From NCBI GenBank assembly GCA_963675745.2, contig CAXXWX010000027.1:1-64000 (forward strand): a stretch of DNA of 64,000 nt. The letters are read 5' to 3'. Position numbers and translations under genes: made by a program. Source of the DNA: Phycisphaerae bacterium (GTDB taxonomy: Bacteria; Planctomycetota; Phycisphaerae; UBA1845; Fen-1342). Below the pieces are notes generated by a model. That model was not told where the DNA came from, did not search any database, and saw nothing but the letters and a program-made list of their open reading frames with translations. Below are positions 39,754 through 49,333 of the stretch, piece after piece; positions within the stretch are counted from its first letter, which is position 1, and each line of letters starts with the position of its first letter.

Positions 39754-41578
39754 CCAACGGGGTGAGAGTAATAGGCGCATTCTGCTCATCGATGACAGTG
39801 AGCCGATCCACGCCGACTTTCGAAAGATTCTCGGTGTTGACTCGGGAACAGATTCACAACTGGATGAGGTCGAGGCCGCCCTGTTTGCTGGTTCGACCAG
39901 CAATGTCGCGGCCACGCGCGAGGCTTTTGTGCTGGATTCGGCGTATCAGGGGCGTGATGGGGTCAAGCTGGCTCATGAGGCGCGCGCAAATGAGCAACCG
40001 TACGCCATGGCCTTCGTGGACGTCCGAATGCCCCCTGGGTGGGACGGGATCGAGACCGTAGGCCACCTGTGGGAAGAGGACCCGTACATCCAGGTAGTGA
40101 TCTGCACGGCGTATTCCGACTATTCCTGGGATGATATGGTTGAGAAGCTCGGGCTGAGCGATCAACTCGTGATTCTCAAGAAGCCTTTTGACGCGGTGGA
40201 GGTGCGCCAACTCGCGGCGGCCCTGACCGAGAAGTGGAGCCTGACACGCCGAGCAAAGATGAAGCTCGTGGAGGTGGAACGCATCGTCGAAGCGCGCACG
40301 CAGGAGATCGCACGCGCCCGCGACGAACTCCAGGCGATCAACATGGAACTTGCGGCCACCCGCGATGCGGCTGAAGCCGCCAATCGCTCAAAGTCGGCTT
40401 TCCTCGCAAACATGTCGCACGAGATCCGCACACCGATGGCCGCGATTCTCGGCTTCGCCGAGCAGCTTGTTCAGCCGGGGCTGTCGGAAATGGAGCGCAC
40501 CGACGCTATCGAGACGATCAACCGCAACGGGCTACACCTGCTTGAGATCATCAACGACATTCTGGACATATCAAAAATCGAGGCGGGCCGCATGACCGTC
40601 GAGCAGGTCGCGTGCGACCCGCGCAAACTGGTGGGCGACGTGGCCGCCTTGATTCGTGTGCGCGCCGATGCGAAGAACCTGACTTTCGACACCGAGGTTG
40701 CCGGCGCAATCCCCAAAATAGTCAAGACGGATCCGACCCGCCTGCGCCAGATCCTCATCAATCTCACCGGCAACGCCGTCAAGTTCACTTCTGAGGGGGG
40801 TGTGCGGTTGATCGTCAGCCATATGAGCGAAGGTGAGACACCCTACATGCAGTTCGACGTGGTTGACACCGGCATGGGAATGACCCCGGAGCAGGTTGCC
40901 GGACTATTCCGCCCTTTCGCGCAGGCGGACGACTCCACCGTGCGGAGGTTTGGCGGCACCGGACTGGGACTGGCCATCAGCCGGCACTTCGCCAGGCTGT
41001 TAGGCGGAGACCTAACCGTGGTGGAGTCCGGCGAGGGAGTGGGGACGAGATTTCGAGCGACAATCGCAGCCCGCCCGGTCGAGGATGACCAGCGGGATGA
41101 GGATACGGATAGTGTCCGGCCATCGGCTGAACCGTTGCGAAAGGACGCACCCATTACGACTGAAAGCCCGTTGGACGGCGTGCGTGTCCTTTTGGCCGAG
41201 GATGGGCCGGACAACCAGAAACTTATCTCGTTCGTGCTCAAGAAAGCCGGGGCGCTGGTTACTGTCGTCGAGAATGGTAAGCTGGCAACCGAGGCGGCGC
41301 TGGCCGCCATCGGGGAGGAGCATACTTACAACGTAATCCTGATGGACATGCAGATGCCCGTGATGGACGGCTATACGGCGGTCGAGCTGTTGCGCCGCGA
41401 GGGCTACTCGGCGCCGATCATCGCCCTGACCGCCCACGCCATGGCCAATGACCGAAGCAGGTGCCTCGACGCGGGCTGCGATGACTACGCCAGCAAGCCT
41501 ATCGACCGCAATGCGCTCGTTCAGTGCGTAGCGCGGTGGGCTCATACTTGTTTGGAAACCCGAGTGTCGGGAGTTTGA
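39746..41578 (+). CDS. Hybrid kinase REC-HisKA-HATPase-REC
   Basis: FVDVRMPPGWDG; FLANMSHEIRTP; NAVKFT; FGGTGLGL; ILMDMQMPVMDG. Confidence 0.95.
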   Translation: MCNQRGESNRRILLIDDSEPIHADFRKILGVDSGTDSQLDEVEAALFAGSTSNVAATREAFVLDSAYQGRDGVKLAHEARANEQPYAMAFVDVRMPPGWDGIETVGHLWEEDPYIQVVICTAYSDYSWDDMVEKLGLSDQLVILKKPFDAVEVRQLAAALTEKWSLTRRAKMKLVEVERIVEARTQEIARARDELQAINMELAATRDAAEAANRSKSAFLANMSHEIRTPMAAILGFAEQLVQPGLSEMERTDAIETINRNGLHLLEIINDILDISKIEAGRMTVEQVACDPRKLVGDVAALIRVRADAKNLTFDTEVAGAIPKIVKTDPTRLRQILINLTGNAVKFTSEGGVRLIVSHMSEGETPYMQFDVVDTGMGMTPEQVAGLFRPFAQADDSTVRRFGGTGLGLAISRHFARLLGGDLTVVESGEGVGTRFRATIAARPVEDDQRDEDTDSVRPSAEPLRKDAPITTESPLDGVRVLLAEDGPDNQKLISFVLKKAGALVTVVENGKLATEAALAAIGEEHTYNVILMDMQMPVMDGYTAVELLRREGYSAPIIALTAHAMANDRSRCLDAGCDDYASKPIDRNALVQCVARWAHTCLETRVSGV

Positions 41579-41579
41579 G

Positions 41580-43049
41580 ATGACCACGCAGCTCAGTAAC
41601 AACCGGCGGATCCTCGTGATCGACGATAACCGCACGATCCACGACGATTACCGCAAGATTCTCGGGTCGAGCGGGGCCAAGGTCGCCGCTTTGGATGAGA
41701 CAGAGGCAAGTTTGTTTGGCGAGGACACCGACAGCGTTGGCACGCAGGGCTTTGAAATCGACTCAGCCTATCAGGGGCAGGAGGGCCTGGAGATGGTGCG
41801 CCAGGCGCTCCGCGACCAGCGGCCATATGCCGTTGCTTTTGTTGATGTCCGCATGCCTCCCGGGTGGGATGGCATCGTCACCATCGCTCACCTGTGGAAG
41901 GAAGACCCCAACCTCGAGGTCGTGGTCTGCACCGCTTACTCGGACTACACGTGGGACGAGATGATACAGACGCTCGGCGAGAGCGACCACCTGCTGATTC
42001 TAAAGAAGCCGTTCGACAACGTCGAGGTTCGCCAGCTCGCCTGTGCACTCAGTGGAAAATGGGATCTCGCCTGCCGCGTGCGCCACACGGTCGAGGCACT
42101 CGAAGACGCCGTCGCGACGCGGACGCGCGAGCTGCAAGAGCAAAAAGAGCAGCTCGAAAGGACGCACACCCAGTTGTTGCAGGCACAAAAACTGGAGTCA
42201 ATCGGGCAGCTGGCCGCCGGCATTGCTCACGAGATAAACACGCCAACGCAATACGTCGGTGACAACACGCGTTTCCTGCGCGACGGCGTTGGTGATCTGC
42301 TGAAGGCGCTTGACCGTTGCGAGGAGCTTGTGAACCCGACCGGCACACCGTGTGGCTGGGAGGAACGTTCCGCCAGCTTCAAAGCGGCCCTTCAGGAGCT
42401 CGACATCGAGTTCCTGCGGGATGAAATCCCGAAAGCCATCGATCAGTCGCTCGAAGGGCTCGAACGAGTCACGCGAATCGTGCGCGCCATGAAGGACTTC
42501 TCACATCCGGGTGTGGAAGGCAAGGAGGCCATCGACCTGAACCAGGCCATAGAGAGCACGGTCACGGTAGCCCGAAACGAGTGGAAGTACGTCGCGGAGA
42601 TGGTAAAGGACTTTGATCCGGCGTTGCCACCCGTGTTCTGTCTGGCCGGCGACTTCAACCAGGTGATCCTCAACATGGTAGTCAACGCCGCCCATGCCAT
42701 CGCCGATGTGACGGGCGAGAATTCGGACAAGAGGGGAACCATCACAATCGCGACGCGGCGCGACGGTGATTGGGCCGAGATCCGTATCAGCGATACCGGT
42801 ACCGGCATCTCCGAGGAACACCGTTCGAAAGTGTTCGATCACTTCTTCACAACGAAGGAAGTGGGCAAGGGGACCGGCCAGGGCCTGGCGATCGCACATG
42901 CTGTGATCACCGAGAAGCACGCTGGCAGCATTACGCTGGAGACCGAGGTGGGCAAGGGCACGACGTTCATCATCCGCCTGCCGATAGGCGCGGAACCGGC
43001 CGAGGCACAGGAGATGCAGCAGGATGAAGAGGCGCATTCTTTTCGTTGA
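41580..43049 (+). CDS. REC-histidine kinase hybrid with an NtrB-like transmitter
   Basis: REC motifs; LAAGIAHEINTP; FFTTKEVGKGTGQGL. Confidence 0.95.
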   Translation: MTTQLSNNRRILVIDDNRTIHDDYRKILGSSGAKVAALDETEASLFGEDTDSVGTQGFEIDSAYQGQEGLEMVRQALRDQRPYAVAFVDVRMPPGWDGIVTIAHLWKEDPNLEVVVCTAYSDYTWDEMIQTLGESDHLLILKKPFDNVEVRQLACALSGKWDLACRVRHTVEALEDAVATRTRELQEQKEQLERTHTQLLQAQKLESIGQLAAGIAHEINTPTQYVGDNTRFLRDGVGDLLKALDRCEELVNPTGTPCGWEERSASFKAALQELDIEFLRDEIPKAIDQSLEGLERVTRIVRAMKDFSHPGVEGKEAIDLNQAIESTVTVARNEWKYVAEMVKDFDPALPPVFCLAGDFNQVILNMVVNAAHAIADVTGENSDKRGTITIATRRDGDWAEIRISDTGTGISEEHRSKVFDHFFTTKEVGKGTGQGLAIAHAVITEKHAGSITLETEVGKGTTFIIRLPIGAEPAEAQEMQQDEEAHSFR

Positions 43050-44148
43050 TGACGAGCCAAACATCCTGGACGGACTGCGGCGAATGCTGCGCACGGAGCG
43101 AAGCCTCTGGGACATGAGCTTCGCCGACAGCGCCGATGTGGCGCTGGAGCAACTCGAGGCGGACAGCTTCGACGTCGTCGTGTCAGACGTTGACATGCCT
43201 GGCAAGGACGGTTTCGCGCTGCTGGCGGAGATGCGTGCAAACGCGCGGACAATGGATGTCCCGGTCATCATCCTAACCGGGAGAAACGAGGGTGATATCA
43301 AACGCCGGGCTCTTGATTCGGGGGCCACGGATCTCCTGAACAAGCCCGTCGATCCGCAAGACCTCATCGCGCGCTTGCGTAACGTGATCAAACTGAAGGT
43401 CTATCAGGATGAAATCAAAACCCAGAATGCGATTCTCGAGCGCAGAGTCGAGGAACGCACGGCCGATCTGGCCAACTCGCGAATGGACATCATCTGGCGT
43501 CTCGGCAAGGCGGCCGAGTATCGCGACGAGGAGACCGGCAACCACGTCGTGAGAGTCGGCTGCTATTGCCGAGTGATCGCCGAGACGCTGGGTGTGGAGC
43601 GCACGGTTGTGGAGACGCTGTTTCTGACCAGCCCTCTGCACGACATCGGGAAAATCGGCATACCGGACGCGATTCTCCGAAAGCGCGGCCCTTTGGACGC
43701 GGCGGAGTGGGAGGTCATGAAACGGCACTGTGCCATCGGGGCTGAGATTCTGCACGAAGACTCAAAAGTTATGAGTACGTTTCTCGCGTGGCGCGGAGCG
43801 GACATGTGCGGCCATGATGGGGCCGCCCGGGACCCGATCCTGTCCATGGCCTCATCGATTGCACTGACACATCACGAATGGTGGGACGGGAGTGGTTATC
43901 CGGCCGGTATGGCCGGCGAGGAGATTCCGTTGGAATCACGTATCGTCGCCCTGGCCGATGCTTACGACGCACTGTGCTCGAAGCGACCCTACAAGCCGGC
44001 GATCTCGGAAGACGACGCACTGGCAATCATGCACGACGAAGTCGGGCTACACTTTGATCCGACGGTGTACGCAGCATTCCTGGAGTCAGTGGACGAACTG
44101 CGCGCGATCCGGGCGGACTTGCACGACGGGGTTTCCTGCTTGGTGTGA
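43024..44148 (+). CDS. REC-HD-GYP cyclic di-GMP phosphodiesterase (RpfG-like)
   Basis: AEYRDEETGNH, LHDIGKIGIPD, HHEWWDGSGYP, ADAYDAL..RPYK. Confidence 0.95.
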   Translation: MKRRILFVDDEPNILDGLRRMLRTERSLWDMSFADSADVALEQLEADSFDVVVSDVDMPGKDGFALLAEMRANARTMDVPVIILTGRNEGDIKRRALDSGATDLLNKPVDPQDLIARLRNVIKLKVYQDEIKTQNAILERRVEERTADLANSRMDIIWRLGKAAEYRDEETGNHVVRVGCYCRVIAETLGVERTVVETLFLTSPLHDIGKIGIPDAILRKRGPLDAAEWEVMKRHCAIGAEILHEDSKVMSTFLAWRGADMCGHDGAARDPILSMASSIALTHHEWWDGSGYPAGMAGEEIPLESRIVALADAYDALCSKRPYKPAISEDDALAIMHDEVGLHFDPTVYAAFLESVDELRAIRADLHDGVSCLV

Positions 44149-44162
44149 ACTGGATGCGAAAC

Positions 44163-45377
44163 ATGAAACGAATCCTGTTTGTTGACGACGAACTTAACGT
44201 GCTCGATGGGCTGCGCAGAATGCTGCGACCAATGCGAAACGAGTGGGAGCTGGCCTTTGCCTCCGGCGGACAGGAAGCCCTGACCATGTTGGCGGAGAGC
44301 CACTTCGACGTGGTCGTCAGTGACATGCGCATGCCCGATATGGACGGAGCCCAACTTCTGTCTGAAGTCAAGCAGCGTTATCCCCAGGTCATTCGCATCG
44401 TGCTCTCCGGACACTCGGAGGAAGAGGCGATACTCAGGTCTGTCGGGCCCACACATCAGTATCTCGCCAAACCCTGTGATCCCGAGCAACTGAGAAACGT
44501 GATCGGTCGCGCCTGCGCCCTGCACGAGTTGCTCGGCGAAGATTCGCTCCGCGAGTTGGTATCGCAAATGACCACAATCCCCAGCCTGCCGGCCACCTAC
44601 ACCGAGATCGTGGCTGAGCTCCAGTCTCCAGATGCATCAATCAAGAAAATCGGCGAGATCGTCTCCAAAGATGTGGGAATGACCGCGAAGATCCTGCAGC
44701 TCGTGAACTCGGCGTTCTTCGGGCTGCGGCGCCACGTGTCCGATCCATCCCAGGCGGCGAGCTTCCTCGGGGTTGACACACTCAAGTCGCTGGTTCTCTC
44801 GGTGCACATCTTTTCACAACTTCAGGATGCCAAGATCGAGGGCTTTTGTCTCGAAACACTCTGGGACCATAGCGCCGCAACCGGCGCGCTGGCCAAACGC
44901 ATTGCAGCGTCGGCCGGTGATGACGCAGAAGGCCTACGCGACCATTCACTCATGGCGGGGCTGCTGCACGATGCCGGTAAACTCGTCATCGCCGCCAATC
45001 TGCCGGAGAAGTATGCTAGCGTACTGGCCGTTGCCGAACGTGGGCAACACGAGCTTTGGGTGGCAGAGCGCGAGATACTGAAGAACACGCACGCCGAGGT
45101 TGGCGCATACCTGCTGGGGCTCTGGGGACTCCCGGACCCAATTGTCGAGGCGGTCGCGTTTCACCACAATCCGCGCAGGTGCCTGGGTGACGGCTTCACG
45201 CCGCTAACCGCCGTGCACACGGCCAACGCTCTCGAACATGAGCTGCGCAGCGCCGGTGCGTCTCCCAGTTCCTCTCTGCTCGACATGGAGTATCTGGATC
45301 AACTTGGCCTGACTGAGCATATTCCGGCCTGGCGGGAGTTGCTCGCGGAAACAGCACAGGGAGAGACGGCCCAATGA
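44163..45377 (+). CDS. REC-HDOD domain response regulator
   Basis: SDMRMP; IPSLP, D..MTAKILQLVNSAFFG, LWDHS, GLLHDAGKL, HAEVGAYLLGLWGLP. Confidence 0.95.
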   Translation: MKRILFVDDELNVLDGLRRMLRPMRNEWELAFASGGQEALTMLAESHFDVVVSDMRMPDMDGAQLLSEVKQRYPQVIRIVLSGHSEEEAILRSVGPTHQYLAKPCDPEQLRNVIGRACALHELLGEDSLRELVSQMTTIPSLPATYTEIVAELQSPDASIKKIGEIVSKDVGMTAKILQLVNSAFFGLRRHVSDPSQAASFLGVDTLKSLVLSVHIFSQLQDAKIEGFCLETLWDHSAATGALAKRIAASAGDDAEGLRDHSLMAGLLHDAGKLVIAANLPEKYASVLAVAERGQHELWVAEREILKNTHAEVGAYLLGLWGLPDPIVEAVAFHHNPRRCLGDGFTPLTAVHTANALEHELRSAGASPSSSLLDMEYLDQLGLTEHIPAWRELLAETAQGETAQ

Positions 45378-46552
45378 GCGAGCATATTCTCTGTGTTGAT
45401 GACGACCCGCGGATCTTGCAGGCGTTCCAGCGCCAGCTCCGCAAGCAGTTTCGGATTACAACCGCGCCGAGCGGTGCAGAAGGGCTGGAGACGATTGCCT
45501 CTGACGGCCCCTTTGCGGTGGTAGTCTCCGACATGCGCATGCCGGGCATGGACGGCATTCAGTTCCTCAGCCAGGTCAAAGCACAAGCCCCCGAGAGTGT
45601 TCGCATCATGCTGACCGGCAACGCCGATCAACAGACGGCCATTGACGCCGTCAACATGGGCAGCATCTTTCGCTTCCTGACCAAGCCATGTCCGCCGGAA
45701 ACGCTGACCGGCGCGCTGCAAGACGGCATCCGACAATACCAACTCGTCACGGCGGAGCGGGAACTCCTGGGCAGCACTTTGCGCGGAAGCGTCAAGGTCC
45801 TCACTGACGTTTTGTCCCTGGCCAATCCAACCGCCTTTGGCCATGCCTCCCGCGTACGACAGGTGGTCCAGAAACTCTGCGCACAATTGAACGTCGAACA
45901 AGCCTGGCAATGTGAAATAGCCGCCATGCTCTCGCAGATAGGGTGTGTTACTGTGCCGCCGGACACACTGGCCAGAATATACCATGGAGAGTCCGTGAAA
46001 GCGGACGAATTGCAAATGTTTGAAGCGCACCCCGAAGTGGGGCGCGATCTGGTGGCAAACATACCCAGATTGGAACAAGTGGCCAAGATTATCGCCTACC
46101 AGCAGAAACGCTTCGATGGCTCGGGCAACCCCGCCGATTCCGTCGCAGGCGCCGACATTCCCCTCGGAGCCCGTATTCTCAAGGTAGCCCTGGACTACAA
46201 CACGCTCACATGGAGTGGCGACACCGACGTACGAATCCTGGCTGAGCTGCGCATGCGTTCGGGTTGGTACGATCCCGAGATCCTGGTCGCACTGGAGACA
46301 ATCGCCGGCCTCGAGGCGGCACTGGAGGTCATCGAAATCGGCGTGAAGGATCTGCGCACGCGCATGATCCTCGCCGCGGATGTGATGGCAAACGACGGGA
46401 CTCTCTTAATAGGCAAGGGTCAGGAAGTCACACCGGCGATGCATCAGAGACTGAGGAACTTCGCGAAGACCAGAGGTGTTGTTGAACCGGTTTACGTACT
46501 CACCCAAGCCAAGGTCAGTTCACGCGTGCTGCAAGATACGGCAAGTGCGTAA
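45374..46552 (+). CDS. REC plus degenerate HD-GYP-like domain
   Basis: SDMRMP REC; LSQIG replaces HDIG and YQQKRFDGSGNP replaces HHExxDGxGYP. Confidence 0.88.
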   Translation: MSEHILCVDDDPRILQAFQRQLRKQFRITTAPSGAEGLETIASDGPFAVVVSDMRMPGMDGIQFLSQVKAQAPESVRIMLTGNADQQTAIDAVNMGSIFRFLTKPCPPETLTGALQDGIRQYQLVTAERELLGSTLRGSVKVLTDVLSLANPTAFGHASRVRQVVQKLCAQLNVEQAWQCEIAAMLSQIGCVTVPPDTLARIYHGESVKADELQMFEAHPEVGRDLVANIPRLEQVAKIIAYQQKRFDGSGNPADSVAGADIPLGARILKVALDYNTLTWSGDTDVRILAELRMRSGWYDPEILVALETIAGLEAALEVIEIGVKDLRTRMILAADVMANDGTLLIGKGQEVTPAMHQRLRNFAKTRGVVEPVYVLTQAKVSSRVLQDTASA

Positions 46553-46570
46553 GCGCATTGGAGATATGAC

Positions 46571-47224
46571 ATGAATCACACCGTGCTCCTGGTGGATGAC
46601 GATCCCAACATTATCGCTGGACTAACCCGTGTGCTGCGCAATGAACCGTATGAGATTGTGACGGCCAATTCCGCAATTGAGGCGGCGGAACTTGTCGAGA
46701 ACAACGAGGTGGACCTGGTCGTTTCCGACGAGGAGATGCCGGGCATGTCCGGAACGGAGTTTCTGGCGCGACTGGCGCGCGATTACCCGGATATTGTCGG
46801 AATCGTGCTGACCGGTCACCCCACGCTGCCGACGGCGCTGCGTGCCCTTAACGAAGGCCAGGTGTATCGGTACTTCACGAAACCATGCAACGAGATAGAC
46901 CTTGCAGTCACAATCCGACGGGCATTGGAACAGAAAGACCTGAAGCAGAAGAGCCATGAGCTGCTGGAGGTGACCAAGCGTCAGTCGGCGCTCATAGAAG
47001 AGGCGCGGATGCTCCGGCGACTGAGAGGCCTTTCCCCCATGGGGGCGTCGGAGGGCGGCACCGACAAGCCGCCGCCGGGCGAGCAGCGCGGGCTGCTCGA
47101 GGCAATCGACCAGGAAATACGCAGAGGCGAGGATGCTCTCAGAAACGTACAAAGCGGCCAGCACGGCGCCGACGACGTGGAGGAGACGCCCAAGCCTCGG
47201 TTGCGTTTCGCGGAGACTGACTGA
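46571..47224 (+). CDS. Response regulator (REC plus coiled-coil tail)
   Basis: VLLVDDD, VSDEEMPGMSG, LTG, TKP. Confidence 0.9.
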   Translation: MNHTVLLVDDDPNIIAGLTRVLRNEPYEIVTANSAIEAAELVENNEVDLVVSDEEMPGMSGTEFLARLARDYPDIVGIVLTGHPTLPTALRALNEGQVYRYFTKPCNEIDLAVTIRRALEQKDLKQKSHELLEVTKRQSALIEEARMLRRLRGLSPMGASEGGTDKPPPGEQRGLLEAIDQEIRRGEDALRNVQSGQHGADDVEETPKPRLRFAETD

Positions 47225-47276
47225 GGGTCGGCCGCGTCACCGTCCGGTCGAGCGCGTGCGCGCGACCACACGCATG

Positions 47277-47333
47277 AAAGCGACGAAGTCGCGTCTCGCA
47301 GCGGTTTGCGGCGGGACGCGACGTCGCGCTTTT
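47277..47333. terminator. GC-rich hairpin between the convergent signalling cluster and tRNA-Tyr
   Basis: aaagcg...gtcgcgtc...gacgcgac...cgcttt imperfect inverted repeat with A/T tails on both sides. Confidence 0.55.
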
Positions 47334-47351
47334 GTGGTGATTTGCTCTCGA

Positions 47352-47434
47352 TGGGCGCGGCTGGATTCGAACCAGCGTAGGCAATCGCCAACGGGTTTAC
47401 AGCCCGTCCCCTTTAGCCACTCGGGCACACGCCC
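47352..47434 (-). tRNA. tRNA-Tyr (GTA)
   Basis: GGGCGTGTGCCCGAGTGGCTAAAGGGGACGGGCTGTAAACCCGTTGGCGATTGCCTACGCTGGTTCGAATCCAGCCGCGCCCA: full cloverleaf, long variable arm, CCA not encoded. Confidence 0.97.
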
Positions 47435-47483
47435 AGCTTCGCCCGCAGTCCATACATGGCGACCGGGGGCAAGCGAAACGCTG

Positions 47484-47512
47484 AATCTACGGAGTCACAC
47501 GCCTCTTGTCCA
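47484..47512 (-). promoter_or_regulatory. Sigma70-type promoter for tRNA-Tyr
   Basis: TGGACA-17 nt-TAGATT about 50 bp upstream of the tRNA. Confidence 0.65.
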
Positions 47513-48080
47513 GCGACTCAACGAACTCCTCCGTTTGGACCGGACGCGACCCCCCAGATGCGCGGCCGCGCTCGCGCCGTAACATGCCGCCAGTCAACAA
47601 CTTATGGAGGCCGCGGGCGGCACCGACCGCAGCCGTCGGTTGCTTCGCATGTTTTTCGCGAAGCCCGACTTGCTTTTGCGTGTGGGACGCCTAGTATCCC
47701 TCAGATGGAACACAAAGCCTCACACGCAGTTCGTGAGGCTCGACTCTATGGGCGGCTTGCTCGGCTGCGGCGTTTCCCCCCGGCGCCCACCGACTTCCGC
47801 CCACTTTTTTTTGCGCTGCCACCGGGATGCCCGGTACATCCACGCCGTATTAGGCCAGCCCCGGTCCACCGTGTTCAAGGTCGGTGGCCGGCAATCAACA
47901 GTCAATCTGGGGCACTCGTCGCGGACCGGTGATGCGCCATTGACGACGTCCTGTTTCGCGTGCCATGCTCGCTCTCGTCCCCAACTGCCACTACGGCGAC
48001 GTGCTCGGGTTCCTGCGCCGCAGACCTTGGACTACAATCCCTCACACGTTTACAACACGACACGCACAGGAGCCGTCGCC

Positions 48081-48533
48081 TTGGAACAGACATTGATAAT
48101 CTTCAAGCCGGATGCCGTGAATCGGCTGCTCGTTGGACGGATCCTCGCGCGATTCGAGGACAAGGGCCTGCGGATCGCGGCGATGAAGCTCCAGCAATCG
48201 CCGCGTAAACAGGTCGAAACGCACTACGAAGTCCACAGGGAGCGGCCGTTTTACGGATCGCTGGTGGGCTTCATGACCAGCGGCCCGGTGATAGTTGCGG
48301 TTCTCGAAGGCCCCAACGCGATCAATGTCGTGCGCAACCTGCTGGGCCCGACCAACGGTCAGGATGCGCCACCCGGGACGATTCGCGGCGACTTCGGGCT
48401 CGACCAGCAGTTGAATCTGGTACACGCAAGTGACGGCCCCGACACGGCGAAAGCCGAGATTGAGCTGTTTTTCAAGCCGACCGAAATCGTGAGCTACACG
48501 CGGGCAGCCGATCCGTGGATCGCGCGGTCTTAG
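48081..48533 (+). CDS. ndk: Nucleoside-diphosphate kinase
   Basis: TTG start after AGGAG; TLIIFKPDAV, FMTSGP, PGTIRGDF, NLVHASD. Confidence 0.97.
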   Translation: MEQTLIIFKPDAVNRLLVGRILARFEDKGLRIAAMKLQQSPRKQVETHYEVHRERPFYGSLVGFMTSGPVIVAVLEGPNAINVVRNLLGPTNGQDAPPGTIRGDFGLDQQLNLVHASDGPDTAKAEIELFFKPTEIVSYTRAADPWIARS

Positions 48534-48592
48534 GACAGCGCTGCGCGGGCTCGTCCGCCGGCGCGCCGGACACATGTAGATGAGGACACGTC

Positions 48593-49333
48593 ATGGATAA
48601 GCTCTCACGCAGAGAAATACTGGGCTCGGCCGCAATCGCGGGCGGGATGATGATTCTGGGCGGCGAATCACAGACAGCGGCCGCCGCGCAGGCGACGGGC
48701 AACACGCCGGCCGATGGGCCGTATCAACTACCCGACCTGCCCTACCACTACGCCGACCTGGAACCCTACATCGACGCGCAGACCGTCGAGCTGCATCACA
48801 ACGTCCACCACGCCGGCTATGTCCGCAAAGCCAACGAGCATCTCGCTCGATTGCAGGATATCCGCGCACAAGGCGGAGCGCTGATCAAGGACGTCGGCGC
48901 GACCACCCAGGCACTCGCGTTCGCGCTTTGCGGGCACCTGCTTCACACCGTTCTCTGGAACAACATGAAGAAAGATGGCGGTGGCGAACCCGGTGCAGAC
49001 ACTGACATCGGCGGTCTGATCAGACGCGACTTCGGTTCGTTCGCCGCGGCGTCCGCCCAGTTTCAGGCCGCGACCGCCCAGGTGCAGGGCAGCGGATGGG
49101 GCATCCTGGCGTACGAGCCGCTGGCCGACCGGCTGCTTGTGCTCCAGATCGAGAAACACCAGAACAATGCCGTGTGGGCCGTTCCGCTGCTGGCTTGCGA
49201 TGTGTGGGAGCACGCGTACTATTTGCGTTACCAAAACCGTCGCACGGACTACATCAAGGCGTTCATGAACGTTATCAACTGGGAAGACGTTGACCAGCGA
49301 CTCCGCACCGCCAGGAAACTCCGACACACGTAG
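48593..49333 (+). CDS. sod: Fe/Mn superoxide dismutase with a twin-arginine (Tat) signal peptide
   Basis: LSRREILG Tat motif; LPDLPY..LEP, LHHNVHH, QGSGW, DVWEHAYY. Confidence 0.95.
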   Translation: MDKLSRREILGSAAIAGGMMILGGESQTAAAAQATGNTPADGPYQLPDLPYHYADLEPYIDAQTVELHHNVHHAGYVRKANEHLARLQDIRAQGGALIKDVGATTQALAFALCGHLLHTVLWNNMKKDGGGEPGADTDIGGLIRRDFGSFAAASAQFQAATAQVQGSGWGILAYEPLADRLLVLQIEKHQNNAVWAVPLLACDVWEHAYYLRYQNRRTDYIKAFMNVINWEDVDQRLRTARKLRHT

